The position numbers and the translations under genes are program-made. The notes beneath the pieces were generated by a model. That model saw only the letters and a list, made by a program, of their open reading frames with translations, was not told where the DNA came from and did no database searches. This document shows positions 27,594 through 41,628 of a DNA stretch of 64,000 nt, piece by piece; positions within the stretch are counted from its first letter, which is position 1, and every line of letters begins with the position of its first letter. The DNA lies in assembly GCA_964016885.1 (NCBI GenBank), contig OZ024744.1:38564001-38628000 (forward strand). Reading direction: 5' to 3'. This DNA is from Eledone cirrhosa (taxonomy: Eukaryota).

Positions 27594-28261
27594 CTCACAC
27601 ACGCATGCACATTCATTCCACTCATATACACGCTCGTTCATATACATATGCTAACACAGCCATATACGTATATGTATGTATACACAAAAATCCCAACGGA
27701 CAATCCTTTTTGTTTTGAGTAACTGGCAGAATCACCGGATTGATATTAATGTCTAAAATATTTGAATCGGTGTAATTGTATTTTTACACGTGGCTTGAGA
27801 AATGGCTGTCTTCCCGTTCTATGGAATATAATATTTTTTCTGGAATTATTAGATGCCTACTGATGATTGCTAGTTCTTGTCTCGACATTTACCGATGATA
27901 ATCAACAGTGAATGTTGATGATATTTGCTGGCATAAAATGGCCTTTTAAAAACTTTATAGTTATGTAAATATAATACTTATTATGACCGTTTTTTTTATT
28001 TGTTTTGTTAGCCTGATTATATTGTTCTCTGCAAAATATTAGATATCTGGTTCCCTATGATATTGGTAGGGTGTTCTTGGATTTTTAGCTTCAATTCTCT
28101 CATATATATATATATATAGTTGTACTGAAATACAGCAATAAAAAAAAACTTTCGTTAACAACCACTTCATCATGAGTATAAAATTGAGAAGGTTTAGAAA
28201 CATTGATAAACGTGAGAATGATAGACTTTTCTAACTAAACATAAAGAAATATGAAAAATAG

Positions 28262-28412
28262 TAATAATTGTTTCTACTTTTGGCACAAGGCCAGCAATTA
28301 CTGGTACTTTATTTTATCAACCCTGTAAGGATGAAAGGCAAAGTTAACCTCGGCGGGATTTGAACTCAGATCATAAAGGGACGTAACTCTATGCTTCAAA
28401 GCATGGTGTCCG
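28262..28412 (-). mobile_element. SINE copy truncated at its head by the inverted-repeat arm
   Basis: Matches 19885-20045 up to GGTGTCCGA. Confidence 0.85.
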
Positions 28413-28413
28413 A

Positions 28414-29145
28414 GTGACGTGAATATGATTGCGGTCTCTTTAATTCTTCAGTGCTTTCTTGTCTGAGGAAACCGGGGCGCGCCGGAGAAACTCTAAAATA
28501 ACAGGATACTGGATCAGCCATATTTGACCATATATATATATTTAGGTTTGTGTATATAAAAGTGTATGTGCGTGTTTATATAAATATAATTATATATAAC
28601 TAACAAATAGTTTATCGCTCTACATGGCTTAATACAATAAATGCAATCTGAGTTTTTCGAATATTAATAATAATAGTCGATTCGTTTGTATTATCAGTAG
28701 ACCTCGCCATTCTTGCTCTTGTGTTGACATTTTGCATGGGCTTAAAGAGGCTGTTTGCATAATTGCAAACAAATCGAATATAATTATTAAGCCGAGGTTA
28801 ACTTTGCTTTCATCCTTACGGGGTCGATAAAATAAAGTACCAGTAATACAGTGGGTAATTGCTGGCCTTGTGCCAAAAGTAGAAACAATTATTAATATTC
28901 GAAAAACTCAGATTGCATTTATTGCATTAAGCCATGTAGAGCGATAAACTATTTGTTAGTTATATATAATTATATTTATATAAACACGCACATACACTTT
29001 TATATACACACACCTAAATATATATATATGGTCAAATATGGCTGATCCAGTATCCTGTTATTTTGGAGTTTCTCCGGCGTGCCCCGGTTTCCTCAGACAA
29101 GAAAGCACTGAAGAATTAAAGAGACCGCAATCATATTCACGTCAC
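28414..29145. repeat. ~260-bp inverted repeat (arms 28414-28673 and 28888-29145) containing a PLE-like end with a hammerhead-like motif
   Basis: Arms are reverse complements with few mismatches. CTGAGGA-aaccgg..ccgga-GAAA at 28463-28490. Confidence 0.9.
28791..28890 (+). mobile_element. 5'-truncated SINE in the inverted-repeat spacer, candidate TSD AATTATTAA
   Basis: SINE 3' half, with AATTATTAA at 28782-28790 and 28887-28895. Confidence 0.8.
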
Positions 29146-29599
29146 ATGGACGAGAATAGATCATTGGCCAGACGTTGTGAAGGTAGATACGGAACTCCTG
29201 TAATAGGGGAGTGGTCATGAAAAGAGCTGGGACGCACTTGTAGCAGCGCGTAGTGTCACGTGAGATGTATTGTTGGTTTTTTGGATTTTGGGGAAAGGAA
29301 ACCGATTTTAAAAATTCGATGAGTCGGGGGATATAGAATGAGATTGATAATGATAGGGGGAGGAGATGAGTTGACGGACAGCGGAGGACTGGAACTGCTT
29401 ATTGTGAGATGTTGGATCGGATAGTAAGAGACGAAAGAAGACATAATTCTGAAGCATCTGAAGCTACTACGATATACAGTAGTCCGCACTCCATACCACC
29501 AATGATCCATCCTTGTCAGTCGGTGTTATTAAATGCCATCCTTGTGTCGCAGGTTGTTGAGTGCAAAGAACTTGGCCAGGGTGGATGTTGAGGCGTTGA

Positions 29600-30200
29600 G
29601 TCATGTTTCTGAAAGTTAAAATCGTTCACTTCATTAGTGCACACGTTAACAAAATATCTCGAGGCTCCGGCGACGGCGTCCATTTAGAAAGATGTTCCGT
29701 GAAGATAAGCTTTTCATGCGGCCCATCTAATGTGTCAAAGATAATTGCAAAGAACAAACCCGACGAAAATCCAGGATCCTCTTGTATGATATAAGGGGAC
29801 TGCCCCTTACAACAGAGTTGTAATATAAAATCCACCGTACGTGAGGCATAATTACACCTACCGCCACTCACCATGCAGTGACCAGTGAAAAATATGTTAA
29901 TATTGTCTAAGATCGTATTAAACTCACATCTCTCCCCATTTAAGTACCTGGATATGAAGAGCAGCTCGGCCCTGGTGAAAAGAGCCTGGCAGTTAAAAGA
30001 TACAGGGGTCCCTCATAAGATAATATAGAGAAGACTAGAGTGGTCCAGATCATACATCAATGGAACAAAGTGGTGTCCTCTCTGCTTTAGTGAAAAATTT
30101 AGGATTTTATTAGGCTTGTCCTCATCGATACAATGCCTGAACTCTAAAACTGACCTGTTTAAAGGTTGCTTACATCTTATAAGTCAGCTACTTTTAATTT
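29600..30200 (+). mobile_element. Old Penelope-like (Neptune-like) linker + GIY-YIG remnant
   Basis: VKISFSCGPSNVSKII..DCPLQQSC and SSALVKRAWQLKDTG..SYINGTKWCPLCFSEKFRIL..LNSKTDL. Confidence 0.7.
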
Positions 30201-31125
30201 GGAAGAGCCCGCAAACTATCCAGTTTACTGATATACTACACCTATCGTGATCCTGATACTTTTCCTTTGTACATAACCGTTACTGTCTTCCATACCCACA
30301 TAGAACCACACGTTTCCGATACCGGGCACACAGATACACAAACACAAACCTCAAGTGCCATCTTTATCAGTCATACATACCCATCATATAATCACATTTA
30401 ATTACATATTTCTACACCCCTATAGCCTACACCAAACACATCCAATACGGAAAACACAAACACAAATACACAAGCATATAATGTTTCCATTCTGAACAGG
30501 AGTTAACTTCCTTAGTAAACACATTGGAGGCGAAAATGATCGTCGTTACGACAAACGAGAGGTTTTAACTGTTTTTCTTGCAAACTTGTAATTGTACCAG
30601 ATAAATGAGGTCGGAGTTTCGATCACACCGCCATGCATTCTACAATATGCAGAGTGGCCGTAACTAAAGTATAACATTAAAACCTAAAGTAGCGCAATAC
30701 TTGTTACATATAAGCATATTTTCAAGACCATTCGCTCTGAGTTTGTCTAAAACTCTCGGAAGAAGCGAAGGGGTGAGTAGTCTAAATAAACGCTAATGAG
30801 CGAGAAACAGGACTGTCGACCACTCTCCTTTGCTTTTGCCGAGAATAAGTAAGTGACATACTCACTAGTTTAAAACTCATAGCGAATGGTCTATAAATTT
30901 GTTTAAATTAAACATACAGTTTATTGGCAAATATACTATACATACATTCATATATACATATATATATAGGTTTCGGTCAGTATTGGCTCGGCTCAGGCCA
31001 TGCCTAACTTAATAGCACCACCAATACAAATATTTCTCTTTCTGTCTATTTAGCCATCTGGATGTCTCTGTTTATTCATCTATCGTTCCCTCTCTCTCTG
31101 TCCTTTTATTTCTCTCTCTCACACA

Positions 31126-31179
<54 letters not shown>

Positions 31180-31280
31180 ATCCATCTGCCTATCTGTATA
31201 ACTATGTAGCTTTCTAGCTAGCTAGCTCGATAACTGAATTTTTGTTTATCTATCTATCTGTCTATCTATCTATCTATATC

Positions 31281-34200
31281 AGATAGTCTAGACGTGTACC
31301 ACTTTGTTGGTAAGTTTTTTGTTAATTTTGTATGCAAAAAACAGAAACGTTTTGTTAAAAAATACATTGTTTCGTAGATTAACCCCCAGGCTGAATTGTC
31401 AACTGGGCGGTAATCTCATGTTTCGCCCCACGGGGCCGGAAATTTTATTTGAAAACATTTTCAAAAGCTAAAATATTTTGCTATCGATAATGGCTAGCTC
31501 AGTGGAAGGAACGCTAGCGAACGCCGATGGAAAAAATAGAGAAAGACAGACAGACAGTAACGTTGCTACAAGCTCTGCCTGTATAGACGTCACTATGGTG
31601 ACAACTAGTGAAAACAAAGATTTGTTTCGCAATGAAAGCGAAAAATGCAACTCACAATTTGGACCACACAGCTCAAAACTGACATAAAAAACCACAGAAA
31701 ATGAAACAATTTACACAACTACAAACGAAAAAAGTGACAACCACAACAACAACAACACCAAAAAAATAACATTTGCACAAACAGTTACAAACAAACAAGA
31801 CTTCAAGGATCTGGATATCTCCAATGCGAGACATGCTTTCTGAAGCAAAGAAATTTACTATTTTCGGAGAAAACGATGGGTTTAAAATAACACACCCCAG
31901 AAATTCGTCTTGAAACACTTCGAAGGATAGTTACAAATGAAATAAAAAAGCCGGCATTCCTCAGTGAAGGGGAAATAGAAGCAACCTTGAAGGAGGTTTT
32001 GCCGGATATAGACTTTATGCAGAGGGCAGTATGGAAGCATTTCGGTGATTCTCAAAAGCGAGGCCCTTGCACAGAAATATTCAGTGGTACTAATAATTTC
32101 GAAGAAATACACCCTCTTCCCTACTTACCTGGAGAAAGGGACCCAAAAGATTTAAATTTCCAACATACCACCAAGTATTAATATTTGGTGGATTTGGGCA
32201 TGATTTTTAGGGGAGGGACAGGACACCATCCACTCCATCAAGAAATCATCCAGGCACACGTGGTCTGGTACAAATTTATAAATTCTGGTTCAAATGAGGC
32301 CGGAGAGAATCTACAAAATACCTGAAAAAGTGCTGGTGGAAAACAACAGCCATAAACATTTCAGCTGAAGGAGTGAGACCACACTGCTTTCGATGTAACA
32401 GTACATCGCATCTATTTACAGACAAAATATAAAAAAAAACAATTTAAAAAAATACTGTTTCCAACACCAACACCAAAACCACTACCACAACAACAACAAC
32501 AACAACAGCACCACACAAGACAAGCACTCACACCAAAACAGACAGCCACTCGATCTACAATAACAGAAAAAACACAGAAAACTCCCCTGAAGAACACAGT
32601 CCCACCCCATCCCTCTCCATCCAACACTACTACAAACACACACACAAAAACACCATCACCACACAACATACCCCTACCGCACGCTCCTGATGACGATTCA
32701 TCGTCAGATGTGGCTACTCCTCCATCTTCAAGTGAAGATGGAGGAGAGCCTCGGAAATTTAAAAAAAAAAAGAAACACCGTAAAGCCACAAAAACACCAA
32801 CACAAACACAAACACACAACCGCCGACACAAACAACAACACAATCAAACCTCCCCTACCAGCAAAACAAACACCAACACCATCCCAAACACAAACACTCA
32901 CCATAAAAAGAAAACTCCCAAACAACAGTACGCATACATCAACACCAACAACAAAAACCTGATGAGGATCATCTCCAAAGACCCCAAAGTGGAGACCGAG
33001 GGGAAAACTTTGGTGAAATCAGGATCAGCACCACACCTGAAATTGATAAGAGTTCCTATGGAGAGTTATAACAAAATGAAAAATGAATTTTCGCAGGACG
33101 TCGGAAACCCCTGCCAAAATCCCATAAACCGCGTCCTATTAAAATGTTTCCCCACCCCAACCAACACCGCCACCAACACCCAAATATAGATTGAACAATC
33201 CGATCTCCAGGAAACCAAAAGGTAAGTGCATCTTTTCGTCCTTTTACGCCAACTCTCCTTCACCAACATGGCTAATTTACGAGTCGGAAGTGTGAATGTG
33301 CGTGGCCTAGGGATGTCCTGGAAACAGGGCCAACTTTTAAACGACCTTAGGTCACACGGTATGGATGTGATAGCCATCACCGAGTCCAGGATCCACAACA
33401 GGTAGCAACTAACCCCCATCTTCCATGACTTTGTGATCTACGCATCTCTCTGTCGGCCGGGAGTTGGAGGGGGAGTGACTGTCATGTTTCGGAAAAACCT
33501 GGATCTCGAAGTACAGCAAGTACACTTGGACCCGGAAGGTAGACTGGTAGTCCTAGACGTGAGCAGTATTGGAGGTGGAGCCTTCAGACTGGTGGCCGTT
33601 TATGCCCCGACCGGGCAATCGCGGCCAGACATCTTTAAGCGTCTAGAGTCTTTTATGGGAACGTCTCGCTCCTTACTTTTAGTGGGGGACTGGAATGGTA
33701 TACTAGACGCACGATGGCTCTATGTAAGAGCATGTCCCAGTAGAGGGGGGGTGCAACAGCCTCAAAAATTTAATCGGCCAATTCCAACTGGCCGATAGAT
33801 ATCGACTAGATTTGCCGACTGCACCACAGTGGACGTGGCCAAACCGCAGTGGGACATCTACATTGTATTTAGATAGGTTCTTTATTAGTGAGAGATACCA
33901 GAAGATGTTAAGCTGTCCACAAATGCACATGGTTGCCTGTTCAGACCAAAAACTAGTCATCTGCATAGCCAACCGTGATAGAACGCATAGACAAGGACCC
34001 AGATACTGGAAGCTGAACATGTCGTTACCAACACGTAAAGCCTACAGTGAACGGATAAGTAGATTAGTTAAGCAAGAGTTGACGGGAACCATCTCAACAA
34101 TAGATGGTGATACTCTCTCAAGAGAGCAATTAGAGTAGAGTCAATAAACTTTAGCAGAGAGTTAGCCTTAGAGAAAAATAAAACAGAAACAGTACTAGTA

Positions 34201-35748
34201 GCCAAGGTAGAGGAGGCGCTTAGGAGTGGCAACGTAGCTAGAGTGCTAGCAACAAGAACAGCACGGGACCAGTACTTCGACGCGAAACACGAAGGCTGCG
34301 CGAACCACGAAGTCTTTGAAAGACCAAAACGAACGCGTGCTACGTGACCCCAAGCGGATGTGCGCGGCCTTTCAGCGGCACTTTGCGCAACTGTTCGAGC
34401 AGAGCGGCGGTGCGCCGAACGGGGCAATGGACTTCGGTTCATACCTCGACGGCCTGCCGCGTCTCTCGAGCATGGACGCCTAGTTCTACGAAAGATCGAT
34501 CACAGCCACTGAGATACGGGAAGCTCTGGGCCGCTGCGGGAAACGCAAATCGTCCGGTCTAGATGGTCTACCCTATGAGTTTTACATAGGGTTTTACATA
34601 GGTTTTACGGACTTGTTCTCTGGCGTCCTCGAAGGCGTCTACTGCAAATGGCAGCAGAACGGGAGAATTCCCAGTTCTGCAGGTAGGGGCGTAGTAACGC
34701 TGATCAGGAAAGACGAGAACTAGGGCGACGAACTAAGCAACTTTAGGCCCATAACTCTGCTCAACACAGAGTTAAAGACCAAAGAAGATGGGCGACTGGC
34801 ACATTGAATGCGCTCAGGCGCTCATAGTCCTCTGTCAAGCGGGCACAGCAATCAGTGAAGACTCCACTACGACATTCTATAGAGGGTTAGTATGTCACAA
34901 GGGCGACGACGTGCTCGGAGAGACTCTGGGCGTCGAAGACGACGAGCTCACCAGTCTATCTGGTGGGACTTTCCGCCCGGGACCTATGGACAACGTCCAG
35001 TGGTCCCTGGCCTGGCAGTGCTACCGAGAAGCTCTACCAGTTCGAGACAAGATCTACAGGCACGGACGCCCCGGTAGGGATCCTTCCAAGAGGACGTGTG
35101 CAAAGTACGAGCAGGACATTGAAACCGTCTTGCACACAATTGTACACTGTCCGGGCGTAACTGACCTGTGGAACTACGCAGAACAACTGCTGTCGCGTAT
35201 GGGACAAATCTAGTTGACTGCCGGGTCCATAGTAAGGGTCAAACCGCCAACCTCCTTCAAAATCGAAAGAGAGGCGGTTTTCCTCTGTATAGTGGCTATG
35301 GTGAAAGAGGTTATATGGTGGACGAGATTGAGAGGACTGAAGACAGATGCCTTTCTCTCCGGACAACCACTCATTCGCTTCTTTAGGTTCCACTTTAGAA
35401 GGAGAATCAGAGTGGAGAGAGAGGCACTGCACCCCAGTAAATTTACTGAAAGGTGGGTGAATGTAGTAAAAATGGCCCGAGTGATTGGGCCTTCTCTGCA
35501 TATAAACCTGTAGGTTGAAGAAGAGAGCAAAATGAAGAAAGGAGCACTTGCACAACAGGCGCCTGGATTTAGGGTTTGTTCTATCGACGTGGTATTAAGC
35601 AACCCATTTGTAACGCCTCCCCCCTATTGGGGATTTCGATTGGTAAATTTGTTTGTTTTAATATTTTTACACGACTGTATGTAAAATCCCCGGCATGAGT
35701 CTTTGTATTGTCCCCTTTTCTTGTGCGCCCTTGAGGCAAATAAAGAAA
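31281..35748 (+). mobile_element. Tx1-like copy 2, full-length ends, degenerate, RT core deleted (~34775)
   Basis: 5' leader, broken ORF1 (~31490-33225), APE (VGDWNG), jump from ITLLNTEL to the C-terminal region, 3' AATAAAGAAA + (TCTA)n. Confidence 0.92.
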
Positions 35749-35817
35749 TCTATCTATCTATCTACCTATCTACCTATCTATCTATCTATCTATCTTGATA
35801 GATAGATAGATAGATAG

Positions 35818-37737
35818 GTTACCTGGATGGTTACCTGGATGCGGTGCTAGCGGCGGCAGGCTTCGGACCCGTTTTCAGGGGCTGGATCACTGCTATGCAC
35901 AGCAGCCGCATCTGCTCTAGGGTCAAGGTGAACGGCTACCTCTCGGAGCCGTTCAAAATCGAGCGGTCCATCCGACAAGGGTGCCCTCTCTCCTCCCTTC
36001 TGTATGTGTTGACTCTCGAGCCACTACTGCGGAAGTTGGAGTTGTTGCAGGGCATCCCTTTGGAACCGGGATTGCGGAAAGCGGTGTCGGCCTACGCCGA
36101 TGACGTGACAGTAATGGTGTCGACGGCCTCCGAAATCGAGGCGGTCGGCACCTTACTGGAGGAGTACGAAAAGTTCACAGGGGCTAAGCTGAACCGGGAC
36201 AAGTCGATCGGTTTGCAACTCGGCACGTGGAGGGGCAGACCGATGCCCTCCGATAGCGTCGTCGGACGCTGGACGGAGGGCCCGGTGAAGTTGCTCGGGG
36301 TCTGGTTCGGACCGGACCTCCAGGTGGAGAAAAACTGGGCGGAGGTTACGAACAGGGTGCTTGCACTGACCCAGAAGTGGGCCAGTTGCAAACTATCCCT
36401 GAAAGGTCGGGCGGAGGTGGCGAACACCTACATAGCGTCCGTCATCTACTACCGCCTGACCGTAGTGCCCTGCCCAAGGGAAACCCTCACCAAGATGGAG
36501 CGCGCGCTCTTCCAATTCCTTTGGAAGAGGCGGGCTCCTATGGTGAGGAGATCCATCTGCTGTCAACACCCTTCGAAAGGAGGGCTGGGGATGCCGTGGC
36601 TAATGATGCGTAAACACGCATTAAGGCTACGGCACCTCTACGTATTCCTCACCGGACAACCGGTGTGGGCCTCGTTTGTGAGACGAACCTTTCCCAGACT
36701 CGTCTCACTCACCGAGCTGCAATCCTGGGTCAAGCAAAGACCGAGAAAACTGGGCGCCTGGCACACTGAGTGTGCCCAGGCGCTCACCGCCCTCTGGCAG
36801 GCGGATCCGGTTATCAGTGGAGACTCCACCGCAACATTCTATAGAGGGCTGGTACGCAGCAGGTGCGACGACGCCCTCGGAGAAGCCCTAGACATGGAGG
36901 AGGACGAACTGGCCAGCCTGTTCGGTAGGACATTCAGCCCGGGACCTATGGACAACTTCCAGAAGTCCCTGGCCTGGCAGTGCTACCGAGGGGCTTTACC
37001 CGTTCGAGAAAGGCTCTACAGACACGGGCGCCCGGGTAGGGACCCCGCCAAAAAGATCTGTCCCAGATGCGTGTGCGACGAGGAAACCGTTGCACACGCA
37101 TTAGTACACTGCTCGGGCGTAGCCGATCTGTGGGGCTATGTCGAACAACTGCTGTCAAGGGTGGGACCGATCCGGTTGACCACCGAGTCGATTGTAATGA
37201 TCAAGCCGCCTCCCCCCTTCAAAGATGAAGCAGAGGCGGTGTTTCTGTGCGTAATAGCCATGGCGAAAGAGGTTGTATGGTGGACGCGTCTGAAAGGACT
37301 GAGGTCGGGCACCTTTCTCTCTGGCCAACAACTGGTCCGTTTCTTCCGATATCATTTCGGAAGAAGGATCAGGATGGAGAGAGAGGTGCTGCACCCCAGC
37401 CGTTTCTATGAAAGATGGGTGAAAGTGGCGAGAATGGCCCGTGTGAATGGGCCTTCACTCTACATCAGACTATAGGTGAGGAAGATAAAAGACCAAGGGA
37501 GCACCCCTTCTCTGTGCTCCTGAGGAGAAGGGTTGCACCCTTTTTTCGGGGGTGTGTGCGACCCCCCAAGGCGCCTCCTCTCTATTGAGGATTTTGTTAA
37601 AAATTTTATTTTTTGTTATATCTTATTTTATTTTTATATTTTGTTATTGCCTTCTCCTTATTGAGGACGCCTTTTTGTGTAAACTCCCCCCTTTGTACTT
37701 GTCCCACTTTTGATGCCCTAGTGGCAAATAAAAGAAA
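35818..37737 (+). mobile_element. Tx1-like copy 3, 5'-truncated within RT
   Basis: Uninterrupted C-terminal ORF2. 3' UTR nearly identical to copy 8. Confidence 0.95.
35844..37475 (+). pseudogene. Open C-terminal 543 aa of Tx1 ORF2 (RT + CCHC), no N-terminus
   Basis: SIRQGCPLS, AYADDVT, VKLLGV, CPRC..ETVAHAL.HC. Confidence 0.9.
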
Positions 37738-40700
37738 TATATCTATCTTGATAGAGTGAGACACGCTTCACATCGGCTCTGCTATTCTATCGGAATTTAC
37801 CATTACTATAGTAAGTACCAGTGAATTTTTTCAGTGCAACACATTTGGAACACTTACCCCTGTTATTTAGGGAAACATTTTTACATTTACCCCCTTTTTA
37901 GGGGGGTAAAATAAATAACTATTTTTCTGTAAAACTTCTTTCTTGGACGCATGGCGGGAAAGATGGCAGACATGTCTGCCATTAGCTCTGCCACGCCCCC
38001 CAAGTCTGAAGAACAAAAAATGGATACAACAAAACTAGACAACGAAACAAACAAGAAAAATGAAAAAACAAATGTTACGGAAAATGAGCAAACGGAAAAC
38101 AAACAAACAGAAAATAAGAATACAAAAAACAACAAGGCAACTTTCGCCCAGACAACAAAAAAATCTTTAATATATACACCTATTGACTTGACTGCCGCCA
38201 GAGAAAAACTGGCAGAAGCAAAAAAGCACATAGTCTTGGGGGAGAACGGAATGTTTTCCATTAATCGCCCCCCCCCCCTCCCCAGAATTCAAGAAAACGA
38301 GACTAGAAAACACTGTTCTGTTTAGAACAATTCTAAACCACACGAGAAAGCCAGCACAGCCCAGCCAAAGGGAGATAGAGTTGGTCCTAAAAGACTATAT
38401 GAAGAATATTCTCTTCATACGAAAGGACCGACTCTATGGCAGCATTTCTGCCCACAATGGACTTCTCGTGGGCTATTGCTGGCTTCATAGACATGGGCGA
38501 GGACACAGTGCTGTCAATGGGGAAGGCATCTGGAGATGCGTTCCTGGGAATGGGCCTCGACCTACTAGTCCAAATGAGGCCCGAAAGAATAGCGCAAATC
38601 CCGGATCGCATCTGGCTGGATGACCTCACCCCAATATATATAATTGTAGAGGGGAGAAGACCAGCATGCTATTCATGCATGGAAAGGGGACACGTTAAGG
38701 CTAACTGCCCGATCGTATCCCCCAAAAAGGACTATTGCCCACACCCACCACAAACAGTACACCAACACCACCCACCTCCAAAAATACACTAATACCACAC
38801 ACAGCAAACAAAATACAGACACCATCAACCACAAGCACAACACAAACATCACCACCACCAGCACCAAACACAAGCACGACACAAAAATCACCACCACCAT
38901 CACCAACCACAAGCACGACACAAACATCACCACCACCACCACAAAACCCATTCCAAACTAATAATAAAAAAAACAGCAACAAATCTACCCCTCCCGCAAA
39001 AAAAAACAACCAGACACCACGTCCCTCCCACCTAGCGCTGAAGAGTTTCCCCCAACTTCTGAAGAAGAAGGAGGAGAAGCCTTCAGACAAGTTAAAAGAA
39101 AAAAACGAAAGCACACACCCAGCACACCACAACAACAAATAACCCACACACAAACACCAACTCCAATCAAAAACACCCCACCCTCGACAAACAAAAATAA
39201 ATCTGCGCCTCCCCTCTTCGAAACATTGACAGCATCACAAAAAAAAACTTTGCAATACACATATATAAATAAAGAAAACAAAAAACTGTTTAAATTAATA
39301 AACAATAGCCCTTTGGTGCAGACCGAAGGGCCAAACTTTATCTCAACAGAGAACTTCACACATTTAAAAATGATAAAGGTCCCTCTGGACCTTTATCGTT
39401 CCTTAAAAGAACAATTTAAACAGGACGTGAGCCCCCACCCCCTGTTTAAAACCGTTAAATCGCGTCCTCTTGAAAGATTTCCCCATAACCTCCCCTCTCC
39501 CTGACACAACTCCAAATACCCCAACCCCACCACACTCGGATACCCCCACACCACCACAAAACATCCCTCCACCCAACACACCCGACCCCATGGAAATTAC
39601 ACAACCCGGAGAGGTAGGTGCTTTTCTTTCTTCACTTTCAACACCAAAATAGATCAATTGAGAGTTGGCTGTTTGCATGCGCGTGGCCTGGGCTCAGCTT
39701 GGAAGCAAGCAAAGCTTCTAAGTGACCTCAGGTCACGAAGTATAGATGTGATGGTTGTTTGCAAGAGTCGGATCAGCAGCGTGCGACAGCTGGCACCCGC
39801 CTTCGATGACTTTGAGATGCACGCATATCTCTGTCAACCGGGAGGCGGGGTGGGGTTGCCGTACTGCTGGATAAACGTCTGCCTCTCGACATACAGATTG
39901 TTCACTCGGACCCGGGGTGTCGATTATTGGTGTTGGATGTCGGAGGCGGTGAAGGCGGGGCTTTCAGACTGGTCGGTCTTTATGCCCCCTTCGGGGCTGA
40001 AAGAGCCGACTTCTTCCAGCGTCTGGAGACTTTTCTAGGAACGTCGCGTTCCCTGCTTTTAGTGGGGCACTGGAATGGAATCCTAGATGCGCGTTGGGAC
40101 TATGCAGGGTATGTCCCGATAGAGGGTGGTGTAGCAGCCTCAAGGGGTTACTCCATCGATTCGACCTGGTCGATAGATTTCGACTAGTGCCAACCTGGAC
40201 CTGGGCAAACCGCAGTGGTCAATCTAGATCGTACCTAGATAGGTTTTTGGTTAGGAGTAAGGATAGGGACGTATTTAGTTGTCCAGAATTGCTCATGGTT
40301 GGCTATTCAGATCACAAATTAGTGACCTGCGTGGTCAACCTTGATAGAACGCATAGACAGGGTCCCGGTTACTGGAAGATGAACTTGTCCTTGCCGGCAA
40401 AGGAAGCTTACAGGAACCGGATTAGTAGTTAAGTTAAGATGCGGTTGACGGGAGCGATCGTCAACAGCAGGTGGTGGGTATCTCTAAAGAGAGAGATTAA
40501 AGTAAGTTCGATAGGTTACAGTAAGGAACTAGCGATGAATAGAAATAGGAGGGAAAGGGAGTTAACAGATAAACTAGAAGAGGCGATTAGGAGCGGAGAC
40601 GTGGCCAGAGTGTTAGCGTCGAGAACGGCGTTGAGCCAGTTCTTTGACGCGAAGCACGAAGGCTGCGTTGTCCGAAGTAAAATGCGTGCTTTAGGAAACG

Positions 40701-41402
40701 AGGGGACCAAAGCTATTAGCTGGGCCCGCGTGACAGAAGCCAAGAGTGGGATTAAATCCACCATTCGGTCTTTGCGAGACCAGGATGGACGCGTGATCCT
40801 TGAACCTGAGCGGATGTGCGAGGCCTTTCAAAGGCACTTTGCTCGACTGTTCGGAGGGGGCGGGGGGCCGGACGGGGATATGGACCTCGGTCCATACCTC
40901 GACGGTCTACCGCGTCTTTCGAGCGGCGAAGCGGAGTGCTGCGAAATGCCAATCACAGCCACTGAAATCGGTGAAGCGCTCAGCCAATGCAGCAGACGCA
41001 AATCTCCGGGTCTCGATGGTCTACCATACGAACTTTATTTAGCTATGCCGGTCTTGTTCTCCGAACTCCTCGAGGCTGTCTATTGCAACTGGCAACAGAA
41101 CGGGAGAATTCCCTGTTCTGTGACCAAGGGCGTAGTCTCGCTAGTGAGGAAGGACGAGAGCAAGGGGGACGACTTAAGTAACTTTAGGCCCATAACTCTG
41201 CTGAATGCAGAGTTACAGATTTTGGCCAAGGTGTTGGCGAAGAGGTTGGCGATTGTGGTGGGTGGTTTGGTGGGGGAGACGCGCAGACATGCGCTATCCC
41301 GTCCAGATCCATTCACGACAACCTCCACCTCATGCGATACATCGTAGAGAGTGTTGGGAACGAACCCGGCTTTGGTGGGGCCCTAATCAACTTGGATCAA
41401 TC

Positions 41403-41628
41403 TTTAGCAGTATTAGTTGTAGATGTTATCGAGATGCAAGTGACATAATAACAGCAGAAATTAGAGATGAAATATACGTTTATTTGTTGTTGTAGCACAA
41501 ACAATGGTGTTGTACAGAGGCTGGTATCTGGCGTGTGATCCGTCGGCTTTCCAGTGGCTGTCTGTCTTTTCTTTCTGGCGTTCTCAACCGGCGTTGTTCT
41601 ATCAAGGAGCGTGAGGCGTCTTACTACA
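41403..41628 (-). repeat. 3' LTR
   Basis: Direct repeat of 46596-46821, about 4 mismatches by eye. Confidence 0.95.

Noticed and set aside
34770-34780. Large internal ORF2 deletions (9935, 34775, 52811, 58036) as splicing products
   Set aside because: Breakpoints lack GT..AG, differ between copies and show only microhomology.
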